A stretch of 64,000 nt of DNA from positions 101,122,001 to 101,186,000 of the forward strand of contig NW_026262701.1 of assembly GCF_021869535.1 (NCBI RefSeq). The letters are read 5' to 3'. This document shows, piece after piece, positions 1 to 38,785 of the stretch. Made by a program: the position numbers and the translations under genes. Numbering within the stretch: the first letter of the stretch is position 1; the number at the start of each line of letters is the position of its first letter. Source of the DNA: Mytilus californianus. Its lineage: Eukaryota. The notes under the pieces were generated by a model. That model was not told the DNA's origin and made no database searches. It worked only from the letters and a program-made list of their open reading frames with translations.

Positions 1-186
1 AGAATGGGATAAAATCATCATTGCATAGATTTATGAACTGCATAAAAAGTAAGTGTTTGATACATCTTAAGTTCAATAGCAAAAATTGAAGATTCTTTTG
101 ATTAAAATTTCAATAAAGAATATAATTTATTGATAACATTTGAATAAACTTTGGATCCAATTTTTTTGGAGGAGAGAGCATCATAC

Positions 187-3100
187 CTTATCATCAATTG
201 TCCTGGCTACATCTAGGAACATATCTCCAAGATTTGGTCTGATGCTGCCTGCAACAACGTGCTCATTGTAAACATAAACCTAAAAAAAAATCAGTAATTT
301 TGTTCCTATACATATTCAATGGATGCTAAAACAAAGTCACTAGTCATAAACATGTACTTCTATTTTTGTAAAAATATGTTTGTCTAATAAAATACTTATT
401 AGGTAGTTAATCACTTTAAACTTGAAATATCACATTAGAATACCACTTCTGTGACAGTAGTTTGACACTAGCATCAGTTATTTATACAAATGACATCTTG
501 CTTTCGATTTACTAGAACTTGTTAAACTTTGCAATTTACTCACTGAAGAACGGTGGTTTACTTGATGTATTCTGGTTCCTCAAATGATAAAACCACCAAG
601 TACAGCAAATCACTTACCTGTCTGGCATATGCCATTTCTATGTTGTCAAGGTTACTGCGACCTTGTATACTGACAGGCTCGGCTAAAAAGCTCTGTAAAA
701 TAATAAACATGGTTTATTTCTTGTTTTGAAAAAAATATGTTTTTTTTAAATATACATGCTCATGTCAGCATTTTCATAAAATCAACTGTGACTTATTTCT
801 TTTATAAACCAGGAATATTCTAAACTTATATGAATTATAAATAATATATCAAGCTGGTCTGATCTGTTCAATGAGTTACGTTTCTGACGACATAATTATC
901 CACTCATAGGTTTTTCCCTATAACATTTGAATAGTATAACTAATATAACTTATATAACTATGATATTAGAACTCTCAATAAGTTAAAAACCTCAGATTCT
1001 GGTTGGAAATCTACTGTATCTTGTCCAAGGCCTCTCAAGGAATTTAAAATCTTTTGTTTCTCTCTTTCCCATTCATTCTCCATACATTCCCAATGTCGTC
1101 GTTCCACTTCATCAAATGTCTTTAAAAAGAGAACAAATTACATGATTTAAATTCACTATTTGCCTCTACATGAGTAATTGTGTATTTCACTTTCAATCAT
1201 AGTTATTACTGCTAATCCTTTTTATTAAAATAATAAACACAATAAAAGTGAATTTATTTTTGAATTTTTCATGTAAAACAAAGATATGGAAGTTGCATCA
1301 CCGAAAATATGCCTGTCAAATCAAGAGCTATTCATTTTTACTTGTGTTGACACCTGACAGTAGAAAATATAGATAAAGTACAAACAATTTACAGTATTAT
1401 TAACTTTTAAGCAAATGCTATTGATAATTCAGATTTTCAAAATAAAACTTTTTATTTAATTAGGTAAATAAAAGAACTTTTCACAAACAAACATACTCCC
1501 AATTACCACACATTATGCATGCATGAAAGTTTCCCCTCTCTTTTTAACAAGACTGGATTAGATGATTAATCTTTATTTGCACATCAATTTCATGCCAGAT
1601 TAAATGATATTCATTCATATTAAAAATACTTTTAACAGTGTGATGTTCAAAAACATTGATTTACTGCCATTTAATAGTCAGAAGAAAATTCATTTGTAAT
1701 TTATAATCAACTTGAAACTTTCCGTTCATTTATTTTCTAAAAAATTGAAAGTAAAATATTATTCTTTAAAAAAAAAACAGGTACGAAATTTCATAGTCCA
1801 TGCAGAAAAACTGATGAAATAGGTTCATTTATGTGAAATTATGTCATGACATCCTGTATGCATTTGGCAGTTTAAAAAAATAATTATCCTGACGTACAAT
1901 TCCTCAACAAATTACCAAAATTGGGTGAAAATAATTCTGGATCCTTGAACACAAGTACTTACATTTTTTCTAGTCTGTTCTATTACAGCTAATAATGCAT
2001 TCTCTCTTTCATTTTTCAGAAAACTCTGAATAAAAACACAAAAATTTACTATTATTAAAATTTCTTGCATAAAATTATGTAACCTGACTTTCCTCATCCA
2101 AGTTAATATCAAGAGTAAATATGGAACTTGCTGTGAAGCGTCAGAATTTCTTCATTATTTAGTTTGTGAACATTGAGACTACATATTATTTTGTATTGCA
2201 GTCATTATTCATAAGAAAGTAGTCATCCTGAACATGCATGAAATATTCCAACTGGACCTTAAGCAACCAACAATCAATAATGAGAAAGCAAAAAAAAGTT
2301 TATAGTCTACTGTGGATTCATATTTTTTTGTTGATACCATTTTTTCGTGGATTTCATTGGTACACGGGAACTATAAATCTAAATGTTCAATGAATTACAA
2401 ATTTTCTATAGGAATGCATGCACTAGACAAAACAAGGAAATCAAATATGTGAGAATGCAAGTTTTCCTCAATTCATGAAAATTGGTAACCACGAAAAAAT
2501 AAATAGCCTGTCTCATTGAAATTAATGAAAATTAAAATACCTCTTCTCAGACTGACGATACATATATCTTCCATTTTAAAACTGGATAAAGTGATTAAAA
2601 ATGTGCTCCGCCTAGAGCAGCTGGATACGACCACAGAGGTCGAGCTCTGAACAGTTGGGGCAAGTATGGACACAATATTCCAGCTTGATACAGCTCTGAA
2701 TTTGGATAGTGATTAAATATTTGACACATTATAGATTTTCCACCCAGAATAAATGTGGTCAGATAACTTAAAAATTTGAAATGGGACATTTATTCTACTT
2801 AATAGTCTAATTTTAGACCCTTTGGACCTCAATGTAGACCTATCTAAAAATATCCAATTATCAATATAGTAAAACATGATAAAAACCTCAAACAATTCAA
2901 GACTTTAAATCAATCCTCATTGAAATTGGTTAAAAGATTTGTATTTATTTTCAATTGAAGATTTCTTGCTGTTGTGCAATACTTTGCTGTTGTTCAATAC
3001 TTAGTAAATTTGTTTACAAACTAAATATAATAATTTACACACCCTGTTTGGTGTGTATCTCCTGCCATATCAGTATTATAGATCAGAAATAATTTATGTT

Positions 3101-4455
3101 AGAACCAGCTTAGCCAGTATTAGAAAAGTCTTGTTTTTTGGCCCCTATTTGGCCTCTAGTTTCAACGATTAAAGCCACAACCCACAAACCGACCCGAACC
3201 TTCTGTGTGTGGTATGGAACCTTGTGGTACAATTTCATAGAGATATATTGACTAATACTGAAGTATTAGTCTGGAAACCAGAAAAACCTTGTTCTCCCCC
3301 CCCCCCCCCCCCCCTTTTTGCCCCTTATTCCTGAACAGTTTGAGCCATATCCCCCAAAGTCAAACCCAATCTTCCCTATGTGGTATGGAACCTTGTGTTT
3401 CAATTTCATAGAGATCCATAAACTAATACTTAAGTAATTGTCCATTAACCAGAAAAACCTTGTTTTCCCCCCTTTTTTTGCCACTAATTCCTGAACGGTT
3501 TGAGCCATAACCCCCAAAGTCAATCCCAACCTTCACTTTGTGGTATGGAACCTTGCGGTACAATTTCATAGAGATCCATACACTTATACACAAGTTATTA
3601 TACTGAAACTAGAAAAATGCCTTTTTTGGCTCCTTTTTCACCCCTTATTCCTAAAGTTGGGACCATAACCCACAAAATCAATCCCAACCTTCCTTTTGTG
3701 CTATTGAACCTTGTGGTTAAATTCTAAATTTTTTGCGGTCGTATAAAATATTAGTGTCTTTCTTCACCTGTATATCAGTATCTCTGACAGGTTCCAAAGG
3801 TTCAAATGTCTTAGCAGCACTCAATCCCTCTAATTTCTGGGATATCTTTGGGACATCAAAGCCTTTAGTTCCAAGTAGTATTGATCTGAAAAATGAATGC
3901 ACAAAAAATCAAATTCATTTTATTCATTATTTCAAATGGTTTGAGGTTGGAATTTTTTGTTTTGATTAGTTCTGTATAAATATCATAGCATCAAGTATAA
4001 TACCAATCTATCAACCATAATTTTTATCCTACTACAATAAATAAGACATATATATTAGTATGATTTGTGTTTTTTTTCGTTATCTAACTAACCCACTTAT
4101 TTTAATTCTGCTTGAATTTTTTTTAATCACTAATGTCATGATCAACTAAATTTTCAAGTTCTTCACCAAAAACAATAAATATTTTTTGACCTGTTTGAAA
4201 TGTAAGCATCACTATCATAACTATTAGTTCTTGATTAATATAGATATAATGTATATATGAATATTACGCTTTCACATCAGACGAGTCTTGACTGATAGGA
4301 GCAACTTTTGACAACAATCTTTCCCCAGCTTCTAAGATCTGAGCTAAGTTACGTGTGACTCTAGGTAAATCTGTGCCACTTTCCATCTCTGCTGTCAACT
4401 GTTCCGCCTGCTGTTGCAGGTCACTGAAATTATCTGATTCAATGTCCATGTTCAT
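187..4455 (-). CDS. NUP93: Nuclear pore complex protein Nup93, 5' part (continues beyond the left edge). Coding exons: 4455-4268, 3885-3768, 2025-1963, 1119-991, 692-618, 279-187
   Basis: Six GT-AG-bounded exons join in frame to give [37 protein letters not shown]...[92 protein letters not shown]...[56 protein letters not shown]. This is collinear with the recalled human NUP93 N-terminus. An acceptor at 4472-4471 implies an upstream non-coding exon. Confidence 0.96.
2597..3748 (-). mobile_element. Helentron/HINE-like non-autonomous element (copy A) in a NUP93 intron
   Basis: Same termini as the 10281-12205 copy in reverse orientation (TTTTATACGACCGCA 5' end; 3' subterminal repeat plus GC hairpin), with internal ~155-bp repeats. 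Its 5' end lies about 19 nt from the donor of the 3885-3768 exon. Confidence 0.8.
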
Positions 4456-5559
4456 CTTTATCTATTTGCCCTAAAATTACAAAAACAAAAAACAACTTGA
4501 AAACTTCATGCCAATAAGGGACCCAGTTGTACATTTTTGTGTAAAGCACAAAAACAAATACTTAATACTGATCCAAACAAAATAATAGTTATATATGAAC
4601 TCATCATAGATACAAGGATTGAAATTTTTTACGTCAGATATGTGTTTCATTCTACAAAAGACTCATCAGTGACGCTCGAATAAAAAAGTTATAAAGTACA
4701 AATTTACTAATTTGATTTTTAATAAAAAAAAAAATGTTTTCTTGACATGTACGTATTTCAAATACACATTTACATTGTAACTTAAATATCAAAGTATAAC
4801 ATATCATCAATAAATTACATGACATTGACTGGATAGGATCTAAATAATGACCACTTCACTGAACTATTTTGTTTGAACTATCAAAGGTAGTGATCAACCT
4901 TGGAAGAAAAAGATATCTAGTCAGTCCTACAGGGTTTTGATTGCATTTAGTGCAATCTTTACCCAAAAACTAATCTTATTCTAAATTTGATGTCATTTCT
5001 TTTTTACAAATTGAAAATATGTTTGAAAGGGCTGTGCTGTACCAAAACTATGTTGCTGGTAAAATTGCCAGACAGGTTTTTGCTGCCACTCTTTTAATTT
5101 CGGAGCTAAACTTGCAAATTCCATCAGGAGATTTTGTAGATAGTATTTGATAATGAATGATTGCTGCCATTTTGCTGGAGCTCATTCTTCAAGTCAAGGT
5201 ACTTTGTACAATTACAATAATGTAACAAAATACTCTTTTAAATACTTTTATTTATGAAAAATCTTCATCCTGGATTCATTTAGTCAATTATAAATCAAGG
5301 TGCAAGGTCACGCTTTTGATAAATTTTTTGTATAAAGATCATTTTCAAGATGCTGAACATTGAACACAACCTAGAAAATTACAAAACATATCTTTATCCT
5401 ATAACTTTTTTAAATGATTTCATGAAAAGTTGCCTACAAAATTATTACTCAATGAAGAAGCTATTTGTATGCAATTTACTAACAAAAAGTCCTTCAATAT
5501 CCAATTGACAATCACATGGAGTAGTCTGTCTTCACAAATCACGCTTTTTCATGCATACA

Positions 5560-5740
5560 ATAGATGGATGGATTGCTGTTTATCGTCCAGTGGCAAATAT
5601 TACATGGATATCATGATCAGGACAAGACGAGAACATGGTAATCTAATATGAAAATGAACCTATCTTTGAACTAGACAGACATGTACACAATAAGCTAGAT
5701 TTTTAACATGCTAGTTCACTAGCTAACAGCCTGCATAAAA
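5560..5740 (-). mobile_element. Truncated 3' portion of the tRNA-derived SINE family seen at 7470-7822
   Basis: Shares CCAGTGGCAAAT...CAGGAC...GAGAACATG and TTTTTAACATGCTAGTTCAC with the 7470-7822 copy. Confidence 0.55.
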
Positions 5741-6779
5741 ACAGCTACAACAGTCAGGGGAATTACTTAAATGACTGATTCAAGTAACATTTTGTGAAGA
5801 AATGTTACAAGAAAGAGTTGTCTTTCTTTAATAATCATCTTTTTAAGTACATTGTAGTACAAATAAATCACTAGACTAAGTGATTTAATTTTATTGTAGC
5901 TTTAAATATATAATATTAATGATCCTGGATTGCATCAAAGGTATAAACATCGCTACTTAAAAGAAGCAAAAGATCCATTTTTTAAAATTTTTACTATTAA
6001 TTATTTATAATCTAAACCTGTATATGTAAAATTTTAGTAAAGCTATAAAATAACTTATTCCAGTAATTCTCCCGACTGTACAAGGACACATTATTCAGAC
6101 ACTGAGATAACAGCCTTTGCTCAGACTCCAAAATCCTGCATACCTGATCTAACTCTTAAATGCTGCATTATAAGATAGGATATTTTTATTCCAATTAAAG
6201 GGCCAATGAAGAGCAAAGTAATTTAATACAATGACTTTTTGTAATTGACAGAAATAATTTTTACAATCATATAAAATATGAATATAATCAACTAAATTTT
6301 AAGATCTGTGGGCACAGCCAGGTCAGAGCCCTAAGCATATGTGTAAAAAACGAAGTAATAAAACAGATTATATATAATATTAACAGGCAAATATTCATAA
6401 TGGGTTACACATAAACCAAGAACTGACTTCATCCTCTTTCACAGGTACATTTTGTAACACCTGCCTCATGAGTCATATCTAAGATAATTCAGTAATCACC
6501 AGGTTGATGGAGTTTTCAAAGACGATGTTAAATTATTTTTAGTGATTGAGCCTTAACTATCTAAAAAAATTCACAAGAAAACAATTCTTCAAAAGATTTA
6601 CCATTGGAATCAATGGCTATTCATGCTATTGCAACTGATAAACTGTAAAACATTAAAAAGAAAGAGTGGAGGAATACATGTGCTTTCATTCAGTAACTAC
6701 ATTAAGGACAGAATTACATATATATGTTTAAGTGACTGAGTAACCTTTTCATGTGGCAAAGCCTATTCTGACAATCTGT

Positions 6780-6960
6780 GTTGATGTTCTTGAGCCGGTT
6801 CAAAACCGCCAAAGAAAAATAAGATTTTTTTAAATTGAATCATTAAAATGTTTTAATCAATGTAAGTGATCAAAGGAATTAGTCTCAAGCGTCTCATCTA
6901 CTTTGATTTTTCCAAAATGTCTGCGCCCATAATTTGTCAGGTGTTTCCCAGGATTGCTAT
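6780..6960. promoter_or_regulatory. Candidate shared (bidirectional) promoter / non-coding first exons for NUP93 and DUS2
   Basis: Both first coding exons are preceded by acceptors, so both TSSs must lie between 4472 and 9683. This is a locally CpG-containing patch (GAGCCGG, AACCGCC, AAGCGTCTC, CAAAATGTCTGCGCCC) followed by a possible donor CAG|GTGTTT near 6941. The position is inferred. Confidence 0.3.
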
Positions 6961-7469
6961 ATTTTCTGTTTTACTTTCAATTTAGAAAAATATTTTTTAA
7001 TATATAGTTAAATTAGTTTCTTGGTAAGTATCCACAAGGATTTGTATAGTGATCACTATACAAATCCTTGGTCTCTAGGGGTAAAGTTATGGTTACTAAG
7101 ATCTGGGAACAGTATGTCAATATGTATGTTCCTGCACAGGAGTTTGAAATCCTAGCAATAAAGGTCGCTTCTCTCTTCGAGAGAAGCTCTACTGTGATAG
7201 TCGAGTTTGGCATATTTATACACCTTTATTGCTAGGATTTCAAACTCCTGTGGTTCCTGCTAAGATGTCATGCCTTAGCAGTTCCTTTATAACATTAGTT
7301 CAAAATAGAAGAAATAATATGGCATATTGTTTCCTCTGAAAGAAATAATACAGTTTTTGTTCTCAACTGAATAAAGACATAGAATTTTTGTTACAATAGG
7401 AACATATATAATATTATAAAGACATTGTTTATTTGATAGAACTATTGTTAGGGGGGAAATAATGAGGAT

Positions 7470-7822
7470 AGATGACTGCTTAACTTCCAGTGGCAAATTA
7501 ATATGCATACTCAGGACGAGAACATGTTAATGTAATATGAGTATTTAACCTGCTTTGTAAATTGTACTAGACTGACAAGCTGAGCCAGATTTTTAACATG
7601 CTAGTTCACAAGGTAACAGTCTGCAGGAAGATATGTCACCAAACCCGGAATCATTATTCTGCCTTCGAGCCAACCAGTCTTTGCTCTTACTCTTTAATGC
7701 CGCGTGCATGGAAAAGAAGCAGCAAATACCAATTTTAAAGTCTTTGGTTTGACCTGGCCAGGGTTTGAACCCACGACCTCCTGCACTCGAGGCGAACACG
7801 TTACCACGAGACCACTGAGGCA
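7470..7822 (-). mobile_element. tRNA-derived SINE (Meta-core-like bivalve SINE)
   Basis: On the minus strand, A-box-like TGGTCTCGTGGTAA and B-box GGTTCAAACC are followed by AATTGGTATTTGCTGCTTC...AAGAGTAAGAGCAAAGACTGGTTGGCTCG. A related copy lies at 56590-56925. The family name is from recall. Confidence 0.8.
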
Positions 7823-9692
7823 GTTTTGTTAGGAGGAACAAATACATGAATATACATTGACAATATTGCAAAGATACCTCGCATTTCTTAAAACAAAGAA
7901 AGCATTAAGATGTTTAAAGCTATGTCATTTATATGACGGATCATTATAAAATGATTTTAAAATGTATTAATTTAAATATAAAGTTTATAAAACGTACAGA
8001 ATGATTTTTCTTTCCGTTAGAAATCTTAAAATGAGTTACCATGTTCCTGCTAAACATACAGTGGCAGATATTTCCAATTAACAATTTATACAAGAGTAAT
8101 TGAATGTTGCACTTTCCTGACATGGAGCATCAGATTTGATATCCCCATTCCATTCCAACCAGACATGGCTTTGTTTTTATACACCTCAAACAGCAAAACA
8201 GACAGCTCAAGCGGGAGAGCCATATCGATCTACCAGATAAAGATTTTTTAACCAAATACAATACCACTGTGTACGCTCCATTCTCCATAGATCGCAAGTG
8301 CTGATTGTTATGATATTATTTTTCCAGATAGATACCATTAAGCTTTACATCTGATCTCCAAATTGGAACCTAAAATTACCTTCACTGCTTAACATGATTA
8401 AATAATTAGACTGTAGTTTACAGTAAAGCCCACACAAAATGGTGGCATATTGAACAGCCTGGTCAGCTGTATCATTCTATTTTTATTAGATGATCTAGAT
8501 GATTAACAAATCTGTATGCTGTTCTCTATTAGTAGAACAGTACAACTTTCCTCTGCAGTAGTATTTTTTGGAGTTTATTTGAACCAAATTTTCAGCCTGC
8601 CTGGTCCTTTGATTTAGCTTTTAGCATTGTTATGCCATCATGACTTAAACATTTTTCAAGCCAGTTAAGATCTACAAATATTTAAAATCTTGCCAAAAAT
8701 TGTTAGTAGACTCTTTGTAAGAGTGACTGCTCTTAAATGATTGTTTTTTTTACCCTTTTTTGTGTTTTGGGCAAAAACAAAAGAAGATAGAGAGAAACTG
8801 TAAATTGGAAAAATGATCAGCAATACAAAATCAAATAAAAAGAAATTTTTTATCTGAATTCTATTCTAGTCTACATTGTTGAAGATACACATAGACCTAG
8901 GTGAGCCACACAGGCTCTTTAGAGCCTCTATTAATTATTATTATGATAAAATATTTTGAACCATAATACGCTCATATATTATTATATTACTAGTAAATTT
9001 ATGATTTGAAAGATGCAATTGTCTCAAAGCAATGAATGATGCCAGATAGTGATATGAACATTTTGAAATGTATCAAGGTTAACAGTTACTTAACTTTTTT
9101 TGTAGCATCTCAGGAAAAACATTAATTCAAGAAATATAATGTCAAAATGCCAACTAGACAATTTTTCCATTATGCAAAATGTTTATTAAATATTTTCCTC
9201 ACCTAAGTATTTATTCCAAATTATGTGATGAGCTAAACACATTGAATATACATGAATACATAATTGATTTTATTTTGGTTCATTTACAAAATGTATATGT
9301 TTCGGAGTTTTGTGTGACGTCCATTTTTTCTGAACTAGTATACATTATTGATAAGGGGCCTGCTGAAGCCCACCTCTGGGTACGTGATTTTTTCGCTGAG
9401 TTGAAGGCCCATTGGTGGCCTTGGGCTGTTTAACTTTTCTGATCTTTGGTCAGGTTGTTGTCTCTTTGACACATTCCCTGTTTCCATTCTCAATTTTATT
9501 GATTGATTGTTATATTTGTTTATACCTATTTAGCTTTAATTTGTCAGAGGACCTCAGGGAAGAATCTGTTGTGTGTTAAATATTTTACCCTCTATATAAC
9601 AAATCAGTACTAACCTACTAACTATTTCAGTCTATTGAATTCACTTTTTTAATTTAAAAATGAACCTATTGATTATTTTTCAGTATTGATAG

Positions 9693-34770
<25,078 letters not shown>

Positions 34771-36052
34771 TAATTTATTGTCAGGTTTTGTTTTGCATGT
34801 GAAAAAGGGACATGAGACAAGAATGTGTCATTATTTGAGGATTTATGAATACAAGATATTTTTGTGTGCCCAAACTTGTTAAAGCATTGTTACTTTTATT
34901 TCGTTGTCAAGGGTGACAAATTAAATTAATATTTTATTTTAAATCATACGTATAACATAATTTGTTTCATCATAAAATAACGAGCACTGTGCATAAAATA
35001 CTATTTTACGAGGTTGGAAGAGCCAATTACTGTGGATTCATTATTATTCGTTGGATTCTAATTTTTGTGGTTTGCGTGAGTAAAGGTAAACCACAAATTG
35101 ATGTTCAACGAATTACCAATTTTTCTTTAGGCTTGTATGCAGACTTTGGCAAAATCACAAAAAAAATGAATCCACAGTATTTATGCAATTTTACCAGTAA
35201 AAATCTGTGATATGTATTGTGTGAGAAATAAAGATATTTAAAAGTTAAATTCAATATGTTCAAACCTGTTTTGAATCATTGGTCTAGTGCAGTTGAAAGA
35301 GGAATACTCCTATGATATTTGCTTTTATCATAATAGAAAGCATGACAATTTCTATAAACAAGAACACTTTAAATACAAAATCAGAGAATATTTGGAGATT
35401 GTTTGACATCTTTAGTTTGAATCCTCAAATTGTATGAATGACATTCTCACTGCTTTTCCTTCGTTGTTGAAAATTAGAATGTAAGTACCAGTATTAATTT
35501 AGTTCCTGGGAAGTTTGGAACATATTGCTATTTAACAGTAAAAGTCACTATGATTTGTAAACATTCTATGTTTTACATTTACAAGAACTGATTTATAACC
35601 AACCTGTTAATGTTTTTAGCAGTGAGATATTGATGTTTCCATTTCTCGTAAAAACCATCTGTTATCTATAGGTAATTCAGATTTCTCAAAAAGATATTAA
35701 GAACATAAGATAATATATTTACATTTTTCAGGTAACAAAAAGGCAAAACTGTATATGTATATAATCATTCTGCAAATAAAAAATATTAAAAAATTAAAAC
35801 TGAGAGATTAGGGAAAAATATGAACTTCAGGAGTCGGGACCACATGAATGACAAAGCCTGAGGATTAACCCCATTATCCCATGAAAAGTAAGTCACCCGG
35901 AACAAACAGGATCTCAATCTGTAACACACAATTATACACAAATAAACAACAAAAGTGCTCACACTGAAATTTCATGCCAGCTTTTCTGATATTGATTGAA
36001 ATGTATATTGAGAGTCATTAAGATCAATATCTTCCCACAGGAGTCACTTAAT

Positions 36053-38785
36053 CACTTAGGTTTCTGACACAAAATAAATGTGGTCAAAGATCTTAAAATT
36101 TTGAAATGGGACATTTAATTTACCAAGAATTGTCTGATATCCAAAATCTAACAACATGGTTAGATTCAGCATATAAAAAAACCACCAAAAATTTAATTTT
36201 AGTTGAAATCACACAAAGTTTAATTTTGGACCCTTCGAACCTGAATATGGACTAATTTGAAAACAGGGCCCAAAATAAAAAATCTAAATACACAATAAGA
36301 TTCAGCATATCATAGAGCCGCAATAATTCAGTTTTTGATGAAATCAAACAAAGTTTAATATTGGACCTTTTGGACCTCAATGTAGACCAATTTAAAAATT
36401 ACGCCCAATATCCAAAATAGTAATACAAGGTTAGAATCCCAAAAATTAAAAGACTTAATTTAATGCCATTGAAATTGGTTAAAAGACTTGTATTTATTTT
36501 CGATTGAAGATTTCTTGCTATTTCACAATACTGCGCTGTTGCACAATACTTAGTTTATCTGTTATATATAATAATTTACACACCCTGTATCTCCTGCCAT
36601 ATCAGTATTTGTTGCTTTTATATATAAATCAGAAATAATCAATGTAAAAATGGAAAATTTTGGGAAAAAAATCCCCCTAAAAAATTTGTCACTGCCCCCC
36701 CCCCCCAAAAAAATTTCAAAAATTTTAAGAAAAAAAGTATGAAAAAATCCCCCCCCCCCCCCCCCCCCCAATTTTTTTTTGAAATTTTGAATGTTATTTT
36801 CTTTTCAGGAAAAATGTACAATTTCAGAGAGTTCCATAAACTTTTAACAGCCTTCCCCCTTGTGATATGGAACCTTGTGGATACAATTTCAGAGAGATCC
36901 ATATACTAACACACAAGTTATTGTCCGGAAACTACAAAAATGCTTGTTTTTGGCCCCTAATTCCTAAATTGTTGGTACCATAACCCCCAAAATCAATCCC
37001 AACCTACCTTTTGTGGTAATGAACTTTCTGGTAAAATTTCATAGAGTTTTCGGACAACGACTCCGACATGATAGCCATATACGAACGCAAATTTTTTGCG
37101 GTCGTATAAAAATTAATGCAAGAGTGCACATGCTGAAATGTCTCGCCTGCTTTTCTTATCATGATTGAACTTGTGTTGAAGGCTGCAATATGAAGGATTA
37201 AAATTATGTTCAAGGTCTGTAATATGAAGGTTTTACTACATGTTGCACATAAACTTAACATTATAAATGATCCATGTGAATAAGGACAAGGTCCCGGAAC
37301 CCTGGCAGACAGACATGTACATCTTATAATTATATCATTCACCAAATATAAATGACCTTTCCATTATAGTATCTGAGAAACGGATATAACCATGAAAACT
37401 TAACATTGACCAATGATCCATGAAAATGAGGTAAAGGTCGGATAAGCCCTACCAGACAGACATGTACACCTAACAATCAATACATTCACCAAATAAAGTA
37501 GCCCTTGTTGCTTAAAGTATCTTAGAAATAAACCAAACCATAAGTACAGTAAACCATGAAAAAGGTCAAGATCAGATGAAACTGTACACCTAACAATCAT
37601 TACATACACCAAATATAGTGGACCTATTGTTCATAGCCCATGAAAAATTAACCTTGATCACTTATCCATGAAATAAGGTAAAGGTCAGGTAAACCCTATC
37701 TGATAGACATGTCAACCTTGCAAGCATCCCATATAACAAATATTGTTATCCTATTACTCATAATAAGTGAGTATTTCATATGACAAAATAAACTGCTTTG
37801 CCAAGCGCAGCTGGATACGACCGCAGAGGTCCAACCCTGAACAGTTGGGGCAAAAATGGACACAATATTCAAGCTTGATACAGGTCTGAATTGGATTGTA
37901 ATTAAATATTTGGCACATTATAGGTTTCTGACACAGAATAAATGTAGTCAAAGAACTTGAAATTGGTTATATGATTTGAATTTATATCAATACTTAGTAA
38001 ATCTGTTTTCAGACTAAATACAAAGAATTAGCAAAATAAATTGTGACCCCCAATTTTTCTTTGGAAAATTGACAATTTCTTAAATCTTGAGGGGAAAAAA
38101 ATTGACCCCCCCCAAAAAAAATTTTTTTTATACCCCCCTCCCCTGCAAAAAAATAATATTTGAAGAGAATTTTCTTTTGAGGAAAAAAATGCTTGTTTTG
38201 GCCACTAATTCCTAAACGGTTGGGACCATCACCCCCAAAAACAATCCCAACCTTCCTTTTGTGGTATTGAACCTTTTTATTAAATTTCATAGAGATCCAT
38301 CCCCTTCAACTAAAGTTATTGTTCGGAAACCAAATGTCTTTGTACGGCACTGACGCTGCTGTCGAAAACGATGTGATACCAATATACTTTTGCGGTAGTA
38401 TAAAAATGCTTGTTTTAGACCCTTTTTGGCCCCAAATTCCGAAACGGTTTGGGCAACTACCCCCAATATGAATCCCAACCTTCTACTTGTGGTATTGAAC
38501 CTTGTGGTACAATTTCAGTGCAATCACAATACTTATACACAAGTTATTGTCCTGAAACTAAAAAAATGATTGTTTTGGGCCCTTATTCCTTAATGCTTGG
38601 GACCATCACCCCCAAAGACAATCCCAACCATCCTTTTGTGGTTTTGAACCTTTTGGTTAAATTTCATAGTGATCCATACACATAAACTAAAGTTATTGTC
38701 CGGAAACCAAATGTCTTTGGACGCCAAAGAAGACGACGTGATAGCATTATACGACCCAAAAATTTTTTTGCTGTCATATAAAAAA
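36053..38785 (-). mobile_element. Cluster of two HINE-like copies (E ~36053-37112, F ~37791-38785) interleaved with a second HINE-like family
   Basis: Reverse-oriented termini (TTTTTTGCGGTCGTATAAAA at ~37092-37112; GCGCAGCTGGATACGACCGCAGAG at ~37805-37828) and the same internal units. Copy F carries a duplicated 5' block. Confidence 0.7.

Noticed and set aside
7760-7822. tRNA-like sequences (also 19441-19520 and 56590-56660)
   Set aside because: They have A/B boxes but no complete cloverleaf and continue into SINE core and tail sequence, so they are SINE heads.
8110-8380. Slightly GC-richer patch between NUP93 and DUS2 that might be coding
   Set aside because: Translation of the frames examined gave stops and no recognisable motif.
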